Assembly (NCBI GenBank): GCA_973895155.1
Contig: OZ316891.1
Span: 30,635,112-30,699,111 of the forward strand
Length of the DNA stretch: 64,000 nucleotides
Origin: Marsupella aquatica
Taxonomy: Eukaryota; Plantae; Marchantiophyta
Direction of reading: 5' to 3'
The notes under the pieces are model-generated. The model searched no databases and was not told the origin of the DNA. It saw nothing but the letters and a program-made list of their open reading frames with translations. This document shows positions 51,701-64,000 of this stretch, piece by piece (within the stretch, counting starts at the first letter, position 1; each line of letters begins with the position of its first letter). The translations under genes were made by a program, and so were the position numbers.

Positions 51701-53350
51701 GGACCTAAATTGCCGAGCTAGATTCAACTGGAATACAAATGAAGCATATCGACTGAGCTGAGGCGGGACTGAACGCTACGGCGGTTGAAGTGACGAAGAC
51801 ACTTCAAAGTAGGTATGGGGAGACATGAGGGAGACATGAGGGCGTTTTGGGGAAGCTGTGATTATTGTTACTCGTGAACTGAGCCAAGAGGAGATTACCT
51901 CTAGTGCGTCTCACTTTGTAAGACAAGTATCGCATCTAAGACGACCGACGTGGGGTTATCTTCCTAGTTACTTTCCCCTCCTTGCATTCCCTTCACTACT
52001 ATTAGAAAAGGTGAAACGAGAGAACAGTGGTGAGGAGGCACCCTATCCTTCCAAAAACTCCAGGGAGAGCAAGTCGTGGCACACATGTGAACTCAGAGCA
52101 CTGCAGGCTAATGAGTTTGAGAAGCATTGTCACTTAATTAGTAAGAGGGAAAATCCCCGCATCACCGTCCCACCAAATTTGCTATCCTAGGGTGAAGAGA
52201 CTCAAACTAAAATTTAATATTCGTACAGCCAAAAAGGCAACCTCGCCAGAATTCCTGACTATCACGGAGGAGGGTCTCTCTGAGTTGAGAATGCAACGCA
52301 ATCCAATCCTACTGTTTATGACTCCAAGTCACCTTCTTCCTCTTTATCCCGTGACCTTTGTCAAGCTTGTAGCCAACGCTTCGTTAATGCTCGCCGATGC
52401 TTGTCTTCTGAATTGCATGATTAACAGCCACTAATATAAGACAACGAGTTCTTTCTCTTATGAATTGCATCATTCACAACCAATAATGTCGGACAGCGAG
52501 TTCTCAAAATTCACTTACTGCTGCTGTGGATGAGTCAAACGACGAAAAGTCTCCAGCAAGATCTATTTCTTACCAATTTACAGTCGATCGAGCTGACCAG
52601 CACACTGCTCTAATCTTCCTTGAAAAATGTGTGAGTAATCTTCTGTAGAGGAGCCAGGTGGATCACGTTCTAAAGACGCCACTTTGTTTCCTAAGCAGAA
52701 ACTCCCTTCCTCAATTTTAAGCTTTCCGATGTGTGTCCATTCCGTTCATGCTCATGTTGTGGCTAATAGAGTTGGAGGTTGGAAGTTAAATAATTCATCC
52801 AGAAACGTTCTCTGTCGATCAAACAATGCTGCACACGGAGTGAGCGATCGTACCAGTAAGTCAACTCGCCGGTTGGCCGAAATATGTATACAGCTTGGCC
52901 CATTGCCTGTAAAATATTCACGTAATTTGCATTATCGTCAGCACCCGGCACTGCACCCCGAACAGAGGAATTGTGGTACGGCCCGAGTGTAGATGAATGG
53001 AACCGCTGATCTGGAAAGGAGGACTCAGTGAGAAGAAGTGGGTCGCGTCCAGGTCTTTGCATGGGCGCGGAGAACTTCTCGTGCGTGTCCAGTTTTTCCT
53101 TAACCTTCAGCATATCTTCCAGCTGTTTCTTCAACGCACTGTGGCTTGCTTCCAGCTCCGCCATCGCTTGCATTCTCCTTTTCAGCTCTAAATGACTAGC
53201 TTCCAACTCCGCTAACCTGTTCTTCATCTCCCTCGTCAACGGTTCCTCTTGATAAGCAGGCTTCACGGCCACCCTGAAGGGTGAGTCTGCATACTTGTCG
53301 GGCGGCGGCTGCGCCATCAGTCTACCGCCTCCAATATCATTAGTACTCAT
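45778..53350 (-). CDS. PAS-domain Raf-like MAPKKK (B2 subgroup, RAF10/RAF11-like), 13 exons, ~747 aa
   Basis: Coiled coil, then PAS ([13 protein letters not shown]...[10 protein letters not shown]...EALG...[16 protein letters not shown]...[19 protein letters not shown]), then kinase ([73 protein letters not shown]). Phase-consistent exons: 53350-52854, 51331-50905, 50595-50058, 49763-49723, 49294-49226, 48814-48714, 48440-48362, 47416-47318, 47135-47067, 46750-46701, 46491-46410, 46084-45990, 45874-45778. Confidence 0.95.
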
Positions 53351-54376
53351 TCCACTTTGTTCCTATCGCACTGTGGAAAGATCAATGCCACCACCTCCTA
53401 ACTCCCTCTCTCACTTTCGTTCACCTTGTTCTCTACCTACGGCCACCACTGAGCTTTACACAAGGCGCCGACAAATAATATTGCAGTCCGGGATTCAATG
53501 GATGAAATCGTATTTCCTTCCTCCTACCTCCGGCGCTTTCTCGATGCCCTCCAGTCTTTCTCAGAACCTTTTCAATTTTTCACATCAACAACCGCATCAT
53601 CTGCTTCAACTTCATCCTCACAGTCTCCTCGGTCCCATGCTCTCTCTCGCTCCATCTCCCTCTACTTCCACAGGAACAGCTCTGTCGCGGAATTCCTTCC
53701 CATCCAGCAACTTAATCCGTCCCGCCTTTCTTTCTGTCCGTATACCTGCAGGACAACAGAGAAACACACACCAGCGCGGTCTCTCCAAGAATCCCTCCCC
53801 CAATCCACAGCAACAATTCGGCCCCGTGCCTACGTTACCCTTTCCCCTCGTCCCATGCAAAAACGTTTCTCCAATCTCCGATGCTGTAACTCCTGCTCTC
53901 CTCCTCAGAGTCCTCCTCTCGTGCCTCCCAACCAACAAAGACGACAGGCGCTGCAGGAGCCGAGGCTGCGCCTTTCGAAGCTCTTCCAATCTACACCATC
54001 ATCCCGCCCGGCTCTTCCGCTTTCCGCTTCCTTTGAAAAAAAAACACTCACACCACCATGTATCGCTGCTGCTCCTCCTCCTCCGATTGCGTCCCTCGCT
54101 GTTCCTGCCCGACACAATTCCTCCTCCTCCTCCACATTCCGACCACCTCCGATCCCGCCACGAAAGTCGAGCGCCTATTGCATCTCCTCGCCTCGCATTT
54201 CCCTCCCTCCCTCCATCTCCCTTCTCCTCCTCATAATGAACACCAAAGAACGATACCTCCCCTCCCTTCCTCCCTCCCTCCCTCCTCTCGTCTCACCTCA
54301 TCTCCCATCTCTCATCTCTCATCATTATAAAAATAGTTCACTCTGTCGCAACTCGCAAAAAGCCGCCCTCGGCCCT

Positions 54377-54477
54377 CCGCTCGATACAGTGCCAGCCGCT
54401 CTAGTAGTCTACTGTAGTGCTCGATACAGCGCCAGCGGCTCTAGTAGTCTACAGTAGATCACTAGACTACTAGAGCA
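54377..54477. promoter_or_regulatory. Direct plus inverted repeat module upstream of the Raf kinase gene
   Basis: gctcgatacag.gccagc.gctctagtagtctac.gtag x2, followed by tagactactagagc, the reverse complement of gctctagtagtcta. The regulatory role is inferred from position only. Confidence 0.45.
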
Positions 54478-57034
54478 CCCGCTACAAGAACTACTCGCAC
54501 CTCAACTACTCAAAAAGGCCTCGCGCGGCGCGACGCGACCAGATTGGAGACTGGGAATTGGAGACGGACGACCGAGATGAAATGTAGCGGGCGATCGACG
54601 GCCCCGGGGTCTGCTGTGGTAGTCCCCGCACGACTGTGCCTTTCGCACGCTGCTTCGCAGTACAGTAGTACAAAGTACAGTGTAGCGTGCATGAGTGCGA
54701 GGGCCTCGGGAAGAAGACCCTAATTAAATCTGCACCTTATCTTACAAGATCTCTTTCGTTCAATCGTTCTATATTGCCGAACTTTATGGAAGGGAAATGC
54801 CACTAGCATTTTGGGGGATCCTTTACTGTACTTCTCTTTGGTAGATACAGTAAAATCTGAACATGCATGAAATTTGGGTTATTCCTAACTCTGAGTGAAG
54901 AAATGAAATTGATAGCAGGGCGTTGTCAGCAATAATGGCCCCCCAAAACTTGGCAAAACCTGGCAAAACTTGGACTAAATCGATTGTTCTTATAGCCCAT
55001 AATACCCTGAAAACGCTGCACTACTATTTACTTGATACCTTTCCTGTTTTTTCAGTTACTATATTTCAGGGCATTGTGGGCTATAATAGAGAAGACTGCC
55101 CTGTCAAGATCTGGATTAACTCAAGGTTTGACCCTCCTTTTACTAAATTGGTGAAGATAAAAATCTCTTAGGCCCTTAATTAAACTACACCTGGCCATAT
55201 AAAGCCCCATCCCTTCATCCCTACTCTTCATTCGTGCCCCATCCCTCCATCCCTACTCTTCATTCCTGTCATGTGATGAACAGTATCTCCCATAAAAGGT
55301 GGAGCACTTGCCAATAAAAAATGAAGCACTCACTACCTTTTGAGTAGCTCAAGCCCATTCGTGAACCTCTGCACCAGCCTATTTTTGAGGTGTGAATTTT
55401 AGCCAATTTTCATCTCCCCCAAAAGTGCTTGCCACTTTAGGCTAACATTCGCTAGATTTTTTTAATGCCATTTGTCACTTTCCCACCTAATCATGGACCC
55501 CATTCACCAGAATCCAACGGTCATCTATAAATCTAGGGAAATCTGATGGTCAGGATGTAATCCAGGGAAAACTGACAAAGAATATTCCTTATCTCCTTCC
55601 TTAGAGCTGCTGACATTCCCCCCCACTAGCTAAAATTAAAAACCTAAAAATAAGTTGCTCTGCACTTTAGGGGATCTTGCATGTAGACTGTCCTGAAAAA
55701 CATGGCCCTTTACATAACTGGTGGCAGCCCCCTAGTGAGCAAGACTTTCCCTTGACTGAGGCGGTCCTGACAACACTAATCTAGTATTTTGAAGGGCAAG
55801 GCACAGAAACTTTCTGGCCCTTCACCGTCCTGACCTTTGATATTCAAATAAAACAACCACAAGCAAATAGTAAATTTTGCATAGCCTCAATTCCCTGCAT
55901 AGTTCCCTGTATACTATGTAGCACTTATCCACAGAGCATGGACACGGGCTCCTTGTCATTTTCAACATGTATTAGAGGGTAGGTTCAAGTTTTTACAGCA
56001 GATCCCAATTTTTGCAAAAATTTCACATTCCGAAGGGGCCACATTCTGAAGGGTCGATGCACATGCAAGACTGCCCTTATAATTAGAAATATGGGCAACC
56101 AGTAGGTCTTTATAGGGGTAGTTGTGGTCTAAGTGTACTAAGGTACTGCCACCAGGCCATTATGGGCAATAATGGACCTTCAAACCTCAAGCTCATGCTC
56201 TCGTTTTATGGGGCACTATATTTGGCAATGTCTTTGCAATTTTGGGGCATTGTATTCCACAATGTCTTGTAAACAGGACTTTGCTATATACTAATAGCGT
56301 AGGGACAATCAGGTTGTCTCATGCACAGCTTCACAACATAATATGTTTCTATTTCAAATTACAGCAGAATGCCATAAATAGAAAAATGATGGTTTCAGGG
56401 AGAGAGCCCATGAACCGTGCAACCCTCATGAACTGTGACACCTTTTATACCTTCACTCATGAACACCCTTCTTATTTCCAAAAAGTTTTCTACAGCAAAG
56501 TTGACCTTCAATGTCTCTCTTGATGTCCAACTGAATTGGCTCTTCTTGTGCTTCCTCTCGCTCTCTATCTTTCTTTAACCAAGGGGTTGTGGGGGAGCTA
56601 TAGAAGCATTGTGTTGCTAGGCGAAGCAGTTGAGTCCTGCACCCTAGATGGATTAGAGGCAGCTTGGAAAGATCTTTCCAATTAGTCTAATATCTCTAGT
56701 TTTCATACAGAATTGAGAGCATTATGAGTTTGGATATGGATTCATTTGGATATGGATTGGATCCAAATGCCTCTGGGATTGCTAGTACCACAACATAGTT
56801 CAGGGATTACTGCAAAAGAACATAATACTCTATGTCAAGATGTCCTGCACTTATCCATAAAGGTGTCCTTTATCCCTCATGCACTTGTGGGCAATTGCAA
56901 GTAAAATTCTTTGATCATAGATCAAGCATTTTGAGATCCCATTCAACTATTCAAGCCTATGACATACTTTCCTTTTATTGGCATCTGATGTTTTCCTCCT
57001 TAACTTGATACTATATTGCAGGACGTATAGTTGG

Positions 57035-57101
57035 AGTACTGTACCAAGGGAGGGACCGTGCAGTACTGTACCAAGGGAGGGACCGTGCAGTACTGTACCA
57101 A
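57035..57101. repeat. 27-bp tandem repeat, ~2.5 copies
   Basis: agtactgtaccaagggagggaccgtgc repeated. Confidence 0.85.
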
Positions 57102-60100
57102 GCAATGTATCGCAATAGGGAATGGGAAATAAAGGATAATGTGGCAAAAGAGAGACTCATATCATTATCAAGCCCAGGTACCCTCAATCCAACAAGAGCG
57201 TGCTCAATAAATACTTATATTATTATTTTGTGCTAATCAGGAAAGAAATTTGTTCCCCTTCTGACATTATGCATAAATCTGTCCTGCATAATTATCACGT
57301 CCATTTGAGAGTGTAGGTTAGGAATATACCATAGTCTGCTTTCTACCATGGGAGTTTGTACCACAGGAGTTGCACCACGGAACGAAAGAGGCAATTCTTT
57401 TATTAGGACAGTACTCTTAAATGTTCTCTCCCTGGAGTACATGCTAAATAAAAGCATTGTCTCTAATGTTCCACTCTACAGACTATGGTTTTGTAGCTTT
57501 GAGCTAAATCTTCAATCCTGGTTGAAGGAAAAAGAAGCCCAGATGGACAAGAACGTGACAAACAACCGGGATTAACAATTTTGGAACATTAACTTGAACT
57601 CAAAGAATATATTTCCTTGCGTCAAAGTATCTTTCCTTCTACTCAGGTCCATTCGAGTTGCGTTGTCAAACATGGGGCTCATACAAGCATCAACTTTGAA
57701 TTGAAGACCCTTCCACCCTACTCGTCTGAAAATTATGTTTAGTCTTGTTTGCCTAACAACAATCCCATAAGAATGTCTTTATTCATGTTTAGTAAGCCTT
57801 TATGCTTTCTCACTTGGTTTTTCGTTTTCCTTTTCCTCTTTCTAGGTTGTTGGAGTTTACTTTTAATTTACCCACTTTTTTCGCTTTTGCTGTTTGTCCT
57901 CGTGTCTGTCCGCTTGCACCTCCTTTGCTTTTTCTACATCGTGTTCATTCTTTATGCTTTTCCGATGTTATATACTTTTCTGATGATTTTTCAAATGAAA
58001 GTCTTGATTTCTAGTCCACATTCCATAATATCTTCTTGAATCTTGGCCTGGGACCCGCACAATAGTGATCTGGTTGGATGGTATAAATTACACATATCAA
58101 TCATGAAATGTTCTGAGCTAGGGGAAATGCACGCATGAACATGATATAGATTGCATCTATCCCAAGACCGCAAGTATATTGTTTACTTTGTACTTGGTTT
58201 GCTAAGTTCGTTTCTGCCTAATACTTTGTGTTGCAACCAAAGAAACATTGTGGGGTTGGGTCAAACTAGGTATTGGTTAAGCCGATAAAAGGTCATTTAG
58301 AATAGAGTTAGGGTGGCTTTATAAGCCGTCAAAGTCCATTGCTTATTTTCATTCCTCATGAGATTAAATCTGGACTGTGCAATGAATGGAAATGGCTGCA
58401 TTTGGCTTTACAGAAACTTGGAGCCCATTCAGGTATGGTGCCAGTGCGACCTAACCCCCCTCCCCCTCCAACCCCCCCCCTCCCCCTCCAACCCCAATAC
58501 TCGTGGGGCACACTGCTTGCCATGCACTCGTCTGATGGCAAGCAGTTTGCCCCACTAGGAAATGCTGATGGAGAGTGCTTGTTTTGTCTAAGATTTAAAC
58601 ATTTCCAAACATTGGCTCCTTCATTCAAGGGAATTGCATTCATTGAACTTCAAATCTTAGAACAAGAAGTTACCCTCCAGTTTGATGGAAAGCTACCCTA
58701 AATATATAAACGAAGAGTGTACACAAAATGTGAAGATGATAGTCAGTGGGAACTATTGCATGATCCAGATTGATTCCTCTTTGCCCTGTAATGAGCCATG
58801 AAGATCACGTATTCAATTAATTTGTTTACAATTGCCCTTCCACTTAAAGTATGCCCCAAAACTTTTCATACATTCTTGCGCTATTTCCAAGTCTATTTTC
58901 GTATGTTAGCAACAAAAATCAATAGATCAAGTGGTTAAATCCAACTTTGACAAACATTCCATCTTTTGTCTTAGTCACTCTTTCAAGTTAGGCTAGTGAT
59001 AAGACACGAGATATGAACCTATTTTGAAAGGTTTCCACTAAATAATAACAATGCAGTGAAAATTTGACTGGTCAACGTTTGGGATGAAAGGAAAGATATT
59101 TCGTTGTCGTAGCACACATTTGACTGGTCTGGTATCAATGACTTTCTCAGCTTGCTGACAAACCAAGTTTTCTCGTATTAATTATCTTCAGTAATGATCA
59201 CCTACGTGGCTGTTTCTGAAAAGTGCATGCTATGGGTGAAGGATCAAGTTGATGGCGAGAATATTTGCAAACAGAGTGGTGGGGCTTCCTATACCTTCAT
59301 TTTAGTCCTCAAGAAGTTTTTTTTTTGTTGGTTTGGGAGGGTTCTGCGAGGGATGAGGATTAAACTCACCATCTTCTTGGGTATTGACATATACATAATG
59401 CCAATTGAATGGGACAAAATAGTGATTTCTCTTAAATGGAAAACAACCTACATCCCGCATGGCTATTAGTGTTAGACTCTAAATTAGTGTGAGCAAGAAA
59501 GTAGTGTTACCAACAATTAAGGGGAAAGGGGCTTTTCTACACTAATTCATGCATGCTAGAGCCAATGATGTTCATGTCAAACTTGAGGCATTTAATTAAT
59601 CTTTGATGTAACATGGATTTATGAGTGTAGCTAAAATTTAGATTCACCCCTGTTAGTGTGAGTAATTGTGGTGAAGAGTGCAGGTAACCACATCCAGGTT
59701 GTGCCCTCAACACTCTTGTTTTCAACTTACTTATAAAATGCAAACCTCAAGCTAGAGTTGGGGTCTAGACTTCTTGAGTGAAACCTCTAGTCCCTTACTC
59801 TATGGCCCCATGATGTGAATGGAACTACTCATGAGTTAATGTATGTCAAATGATGATCAAACATGTTTTTTGTCATGATTTCTATTTACATTCAAAGAAT
59901 GAGCATTCAGGCTCATTCAATACATAGTTGTTGGCAAAATTGTCACAAGGAAGGTAGATTATAGGCATGGGCATCAAATCTACTATGTGGGAGGGATGCC
60001 CATATAAGGCAAAAATTCATATCACAACTGACCTTCATCACTTGGTTGATGTGCCCTTGGACTATGTATATATTTCAAACTGCCAAAAGCAAGGTGGCCA

Positions 60101-60721
60101 ACAGGGAGACATGATTCCTCAAGCAAAATACCCAATCAAGGGAGAAGAACAAAATGGCCAAGAAGCCAGAGGAACCAGGGCAAACACCCAGGACATGAAC
60201 AACCAGGAACTCAAGACTTAAACACACATTGATTGTAATTTGACTCTACTATGCCTTTCTTACATAAATAGAAAAACTCTTCCCCAGTCTACTTCAGTTG
60301 TCCTCCTTACCAAGAACAGTAAGCAATCAAATGCGATTATGGTCTCGTCTGGACATTGGGAAGACTTGTTTTTAGCTGTTTTTGTGTACGATGGACGATG
60401 TAGAAAGGGCTGTAATAGTGCACCTGTGCAAAGACCAAGCGTTGAATCCCACGTGCACAATTCCCTGTTTTGGTGATTGTTTTGATTCGGATTTCCTTCT
60501 ATAACGAATCCACAAATGACATTAGCTATGCTGCACACTGATCTCATGCGCTTGATGGTAAAATAACTTATTTAAGGAATCTTGTACCAGTATAATATGA
60601 AGAATACATAGCATAGTGCCAGGATTTAGTCGATCTCACGCGATCTTTAAGTTGAGATTTGCCCAATCATGTTTAAGCCACGGATTGAAGCTCTACTCAC
60701 AGGCTAACGACCTGGTCCCCC

Positions 60722-60884
60722 GGGCCTACCTTTAATTAAGGTACTGTAGAACCTCGTAGTAGGAAAGTGAAAAAGGGCCTACCTTTAATTAAGGTACGTG
60801 TAGCACCTCGTAGTAGGAAAGTGAAAAAGGGCCTACCTTTAATTAAGGTACGTGTAGAACCTCGTTGTATGAAAGTGAAAAAGG
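60722..60884. repeat. ~54-bp tandem repeat x3 with an internal inverted repeat
   Basis: gggcctacctttaattaaggtac.tgtag.acctcgt.gta.gaaagtgaaaaa x3. Confidence 0.9.
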
Positions 60885-63764
60885 TTGGAGCCTTGATGGG
60901 TTTAAAGATGTTTTGGCACGCAAGCCACTTTTAGGTGCGGAAATGCTCATGTCAAAGCAGACTGCATTAAGGCGTCTCTGATGCAAAGAGGTTTTCATCC
61001 AAAGTAGGCAGGTATATGATGGAAAGAGGTTGTCATCCAAAGCAGGCTCAACTTAAAACCATGAAAATGTTGAAACAAAAGGTGTACGAGCTACTATGAA
61101 CTATGAAGAAGTACCTCTCCAACAGTTCCATTCACATTGGAGATTTTTCCGTTCATTGGTCCGTTCTGAAGTTCTGTGGAGATAGACCCAATAACAACCA
61201 TTTTGAGGTCAAATCGAGTCTTCTCATATGGACGCTACAAAAGCCAGCGAAGACCATGACCAAGTGTCTCTCAGAAGGACATCTTGCAGAATCTCCTCGG
61301 CATAATGTGCTAAGGCAATTGAGATCCATCTCAAGTTTCATATGCTGTGCAACTCCAAATTCGCATTCATAAAACTCATAAGCGGTGGTGGTCCTACACA
61401 GTCGTAAATTTGTGTACCTTCACACCATCGAAGGTTTTCCAAGATCGAGTACAAAAAGGAATTTCAGAGAAGCAGAGAGACAATTTACTTGTGTATTTTT
61501 AGGGGATTAAAAAGAATGTGACACCATATTGAATTAGGGATTTTTGTGTACCACGTGTGTCCTCGGCAGTGACTACCGTCTTCTCATTCTATGACAAAGA
61601 ATGAACGTAGGCATTCACATAAAGAAAACCAGGAGGACCATCTTGACAGGACTGATCTTCGCCGGAGTCCCGTCCAAAATCAAATATCTTGCAACAAAAG
61701 TCTAGCTCATTCAGGGTATCAACCTCGAGGGAGCACGTGAGAAGAAATCCATCAGGCTACCAACTCTCGGAACCCTGTACTGAATTTCACAGCCAGATGC
61801 ACCCCAGAATGTCAACTGAGCCACCACGTCCCTTCTTGGCACTCAACGGAGTGCAAAAGAGGAGATCCAATTGGGCAAAATTTTGAGCCATCGTCTATTT
61901 CTCAGATGCAGCACGTAAGTTCGGAACTGGACACAGGATCAAAACATCACTTGATGGGAATATGCATGACCTTAGCGAAAGGTCCCAACAAAGACGCCAG
62001 TGACACGGTAGAGCGCATGGGAAGCACGGGTAGTAATAACGCTGCCATCCATCTACAGAAGAAGCAGCGTAATTGAAAAACAAACATCCAATAGGGAGTT
62101 CCATCCCGTCGCAACACAGTGTAATCCTAACTATTTTTTCATTTTTTATTACAATGCCTCTTTCACTTATCCAGGTACAAAATATAGTTACAATCTACAA
62201 CTTTCCTACCTTCCGCTGCAGTTAACCTGACTACCAGCTACTTGAGTCTCGTTGAGTTCCCTACTATACTTAGCTAAGACAACTGTCGACTACCCTTCCC
62301 TTCCCTTCACTAAACCTCTGACTAGAGAGGCCTTCGGCCTGATTTCTCCAGACAGCCAAGCACATATTCTAGCTTCACATCAGCTGAAGCAGCTATGCAC
62401 CACGGAATACATGAGAAACTACCCTCAACCTCTATACTACACTACCTCAACCTTGTGCAGGTTCGGAGTAAACTGGCAAAGCAAACCGACCCCCCAACAC
62501 TATCGCAAGCACAAAAGCATGCATTCAACTGATAAAGATATGCATCAGATATGAACAACCAGACCTGCAGAGAAGAAAACAAATCCTTTCCACGGAAGAG
62601 AGTATGTCTGCGTGTTGTCGTCAGCAGTGCCTTCTCCGAACTGCTCTTAAGTGGAAACGTTTGTCACTGGAAAGAATTAATTTTTTTGGCAAAGTTGTCA
62701 GAGCATCCACAATACTCCCGAGGTTAAAGAGGTTAAGAACCCTCGTTATCCAGAAGTAAAAGAGCGGATACTAGCTCCTGACCTCTTCGCAATGAAGGAA
62801 CACCCATAGTAGATGACAAGGCAGCACGCACCTTTAGCGACTTTTTGAATACAGGATGCGAACCTGCCAAACTTACGATGGTGTCTTGAGACGAGAGTCA
62901 CCCAACTGAAGCATTCAGCAAACGTCCAAGGCTCCAGCGCCGATTCTCGTTGCTGAAGTCACATTCAACCTGCATACAAAGGTCACACCGTAAAACTTTC
63001 TATGACTCTGAATCTTTGTAAAATAGGGAGGGTACTAGCATATATAAGGTGGAGAATGTCAGCTTGACTACGAGACCAACCGCGGCCACTTGCCTGATCT
63101 TCGGCTTCGTTTGAATCTCTGCGGGTATCACGCCAGTCGGACCCACCAATACTGAGCCCAGAGTCACTGTAGACTTGATTTTCATCAGGCCCCAGGAATC
63201 CAGAACAAAACCAGACCCAACATGCCACCCACAAGAAACACGCCCACCCAGCTCTGTAAGTCAGCTCTCATTCCATATTATTTAGTAATTATCAGAGCCT
63301 GTGTGAGAATCGAGATAACATACACCAATACTCCTGTCACGGAGATACCAACCTGCAGGGTGCAGGGAGTGTCACACTAGGAGAAGGGAGGTTCACTTCA
63401 GCCTCTCCTAATGAGAGTTATGATATATGTTTTAGTGTGCAACAGACTCTGTATGCCCCTCCAGGTGCATCCAATGTTAAAGTCAAATAAGTTGCCCAGA
63501 GGTACAAAGTCATCACCACCTCCTTCCCATCTTCCATCACTCCTGTAACGTTAGAAAAAATAGAGCAAAGTCCGAACTAATTCTTCCCTATAAAGTCCGG
63601 TTGCACATCTGAAGTGCTTCTAAACTGAGTAGGAGATAGACAACATTCCTCTCAACCAACTCGTTAGCCTAAAAACAACACCAAGATAGCACTCTGAAGG
63701 ACAGCCTGCATCGACGTTAAAAAATTACACCGAATGACATGTTCACAGAAAATCCTTGTGAATG

Positions 63765-64000
63765 CTACGGCGATACAAATTGGGGTTGAGGTGAGAATAA
63801 CACCTCCAACTCTTCCATGTTGCCATTTTGGAAGACTGCTCGCGCATTTGAAAGGAGCATTCCAGACAATCCTCCTCTGCCTGGACCTGTCTCTTCCACC
63901 TTCGCGGCAATTGTAGGTTTTGCAACTTCCAGTGATGCAGTTCCGTTACCCACACCATGTTTGGCAACCTCCGGTAATGCAGTTCCGTTGCCCAAACCGT
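63765..64000 (-). CDS. 3' end of an unidentified protein-coding gene (runs off the window)
   Basis: The frame stays open to the window edge: ...GLGNGTALPEVAKHGVGNGTASLEVAKP...MLLSNARAVFQNGNMEELEVLFSPQPQFVSP*. The 14-aa repeat has mostly third-position changes, which suggests coding. Family not recognised. Confidence 0.5.
   Translation of the reverse strand, partial: GLGNGTALPEVAKHGVGNGTASLEVAKPTIAAKVEETGPGRGGLSGMLLSNARAVFQNGNMEELEVLFSPQPQFVSP

Noticed and set aside
53371-54330. Many upstream ATGs in the Raf leader
   Set aside because: A strong acceptor (attgatctttccacAG at 53371) and donors near 53746 and 54256 suggest a leader intron removes most of them.
53295-54457. Two ORFs over 300 aa antisense to the Raf leader
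   Set aside because: Pro/Ser/Leu low-complexity reads of the C/T-rich complement of a GA-rich leader; no domain.
57035-60884. Short tandem arrays as possible CRISPR
   Set aside because: No unique spacers, no cas genes, and a eukaryotic context.

Overview
Eukaryotic land-plant genomic DNA with spliceosomal introns, microsatellite-rich leaders and retroelement debris; a bryophyte or liverwort origin is inferred, not proven. Intact genes: an F-box/Kelch gene (+, 3675-4931), a 22-exon eukaryote-type cysteinyl-tRNA synthetase (+, 13465-20256), a DUF538 gene (-), a chloroplast ferredoxin C1-like gene (+), a 13-exon PAS-domain B2 Raf-like kinase (-, 45778-53350), and the 3' end of an unidentified gene at the right edge (-). 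Decayed elements: a LINE interrupted by a truncated LTR retrotransposon, a Ty3/Gypsy pol remnant, three GDSL lipase pseudogene copies, an LRR N-cap fragment and further LINE scraps. Best leads: (1) a ~660-bp fold-back inside the GDSL pseudogene cluster, (2) the eukaryote-type CysRS, (3) a uORF with a TGATG stop-start overlap in the F-box leader, (4) a triple-hairpin module near 7.7 kb, and (5) a duplicated exon/intron junction in CysRS. No CRISPR, rRNA or convincing tRNA was seen. I found no clearly new multi-gene system; all findings are leads from manual reading without searches or folding runs.
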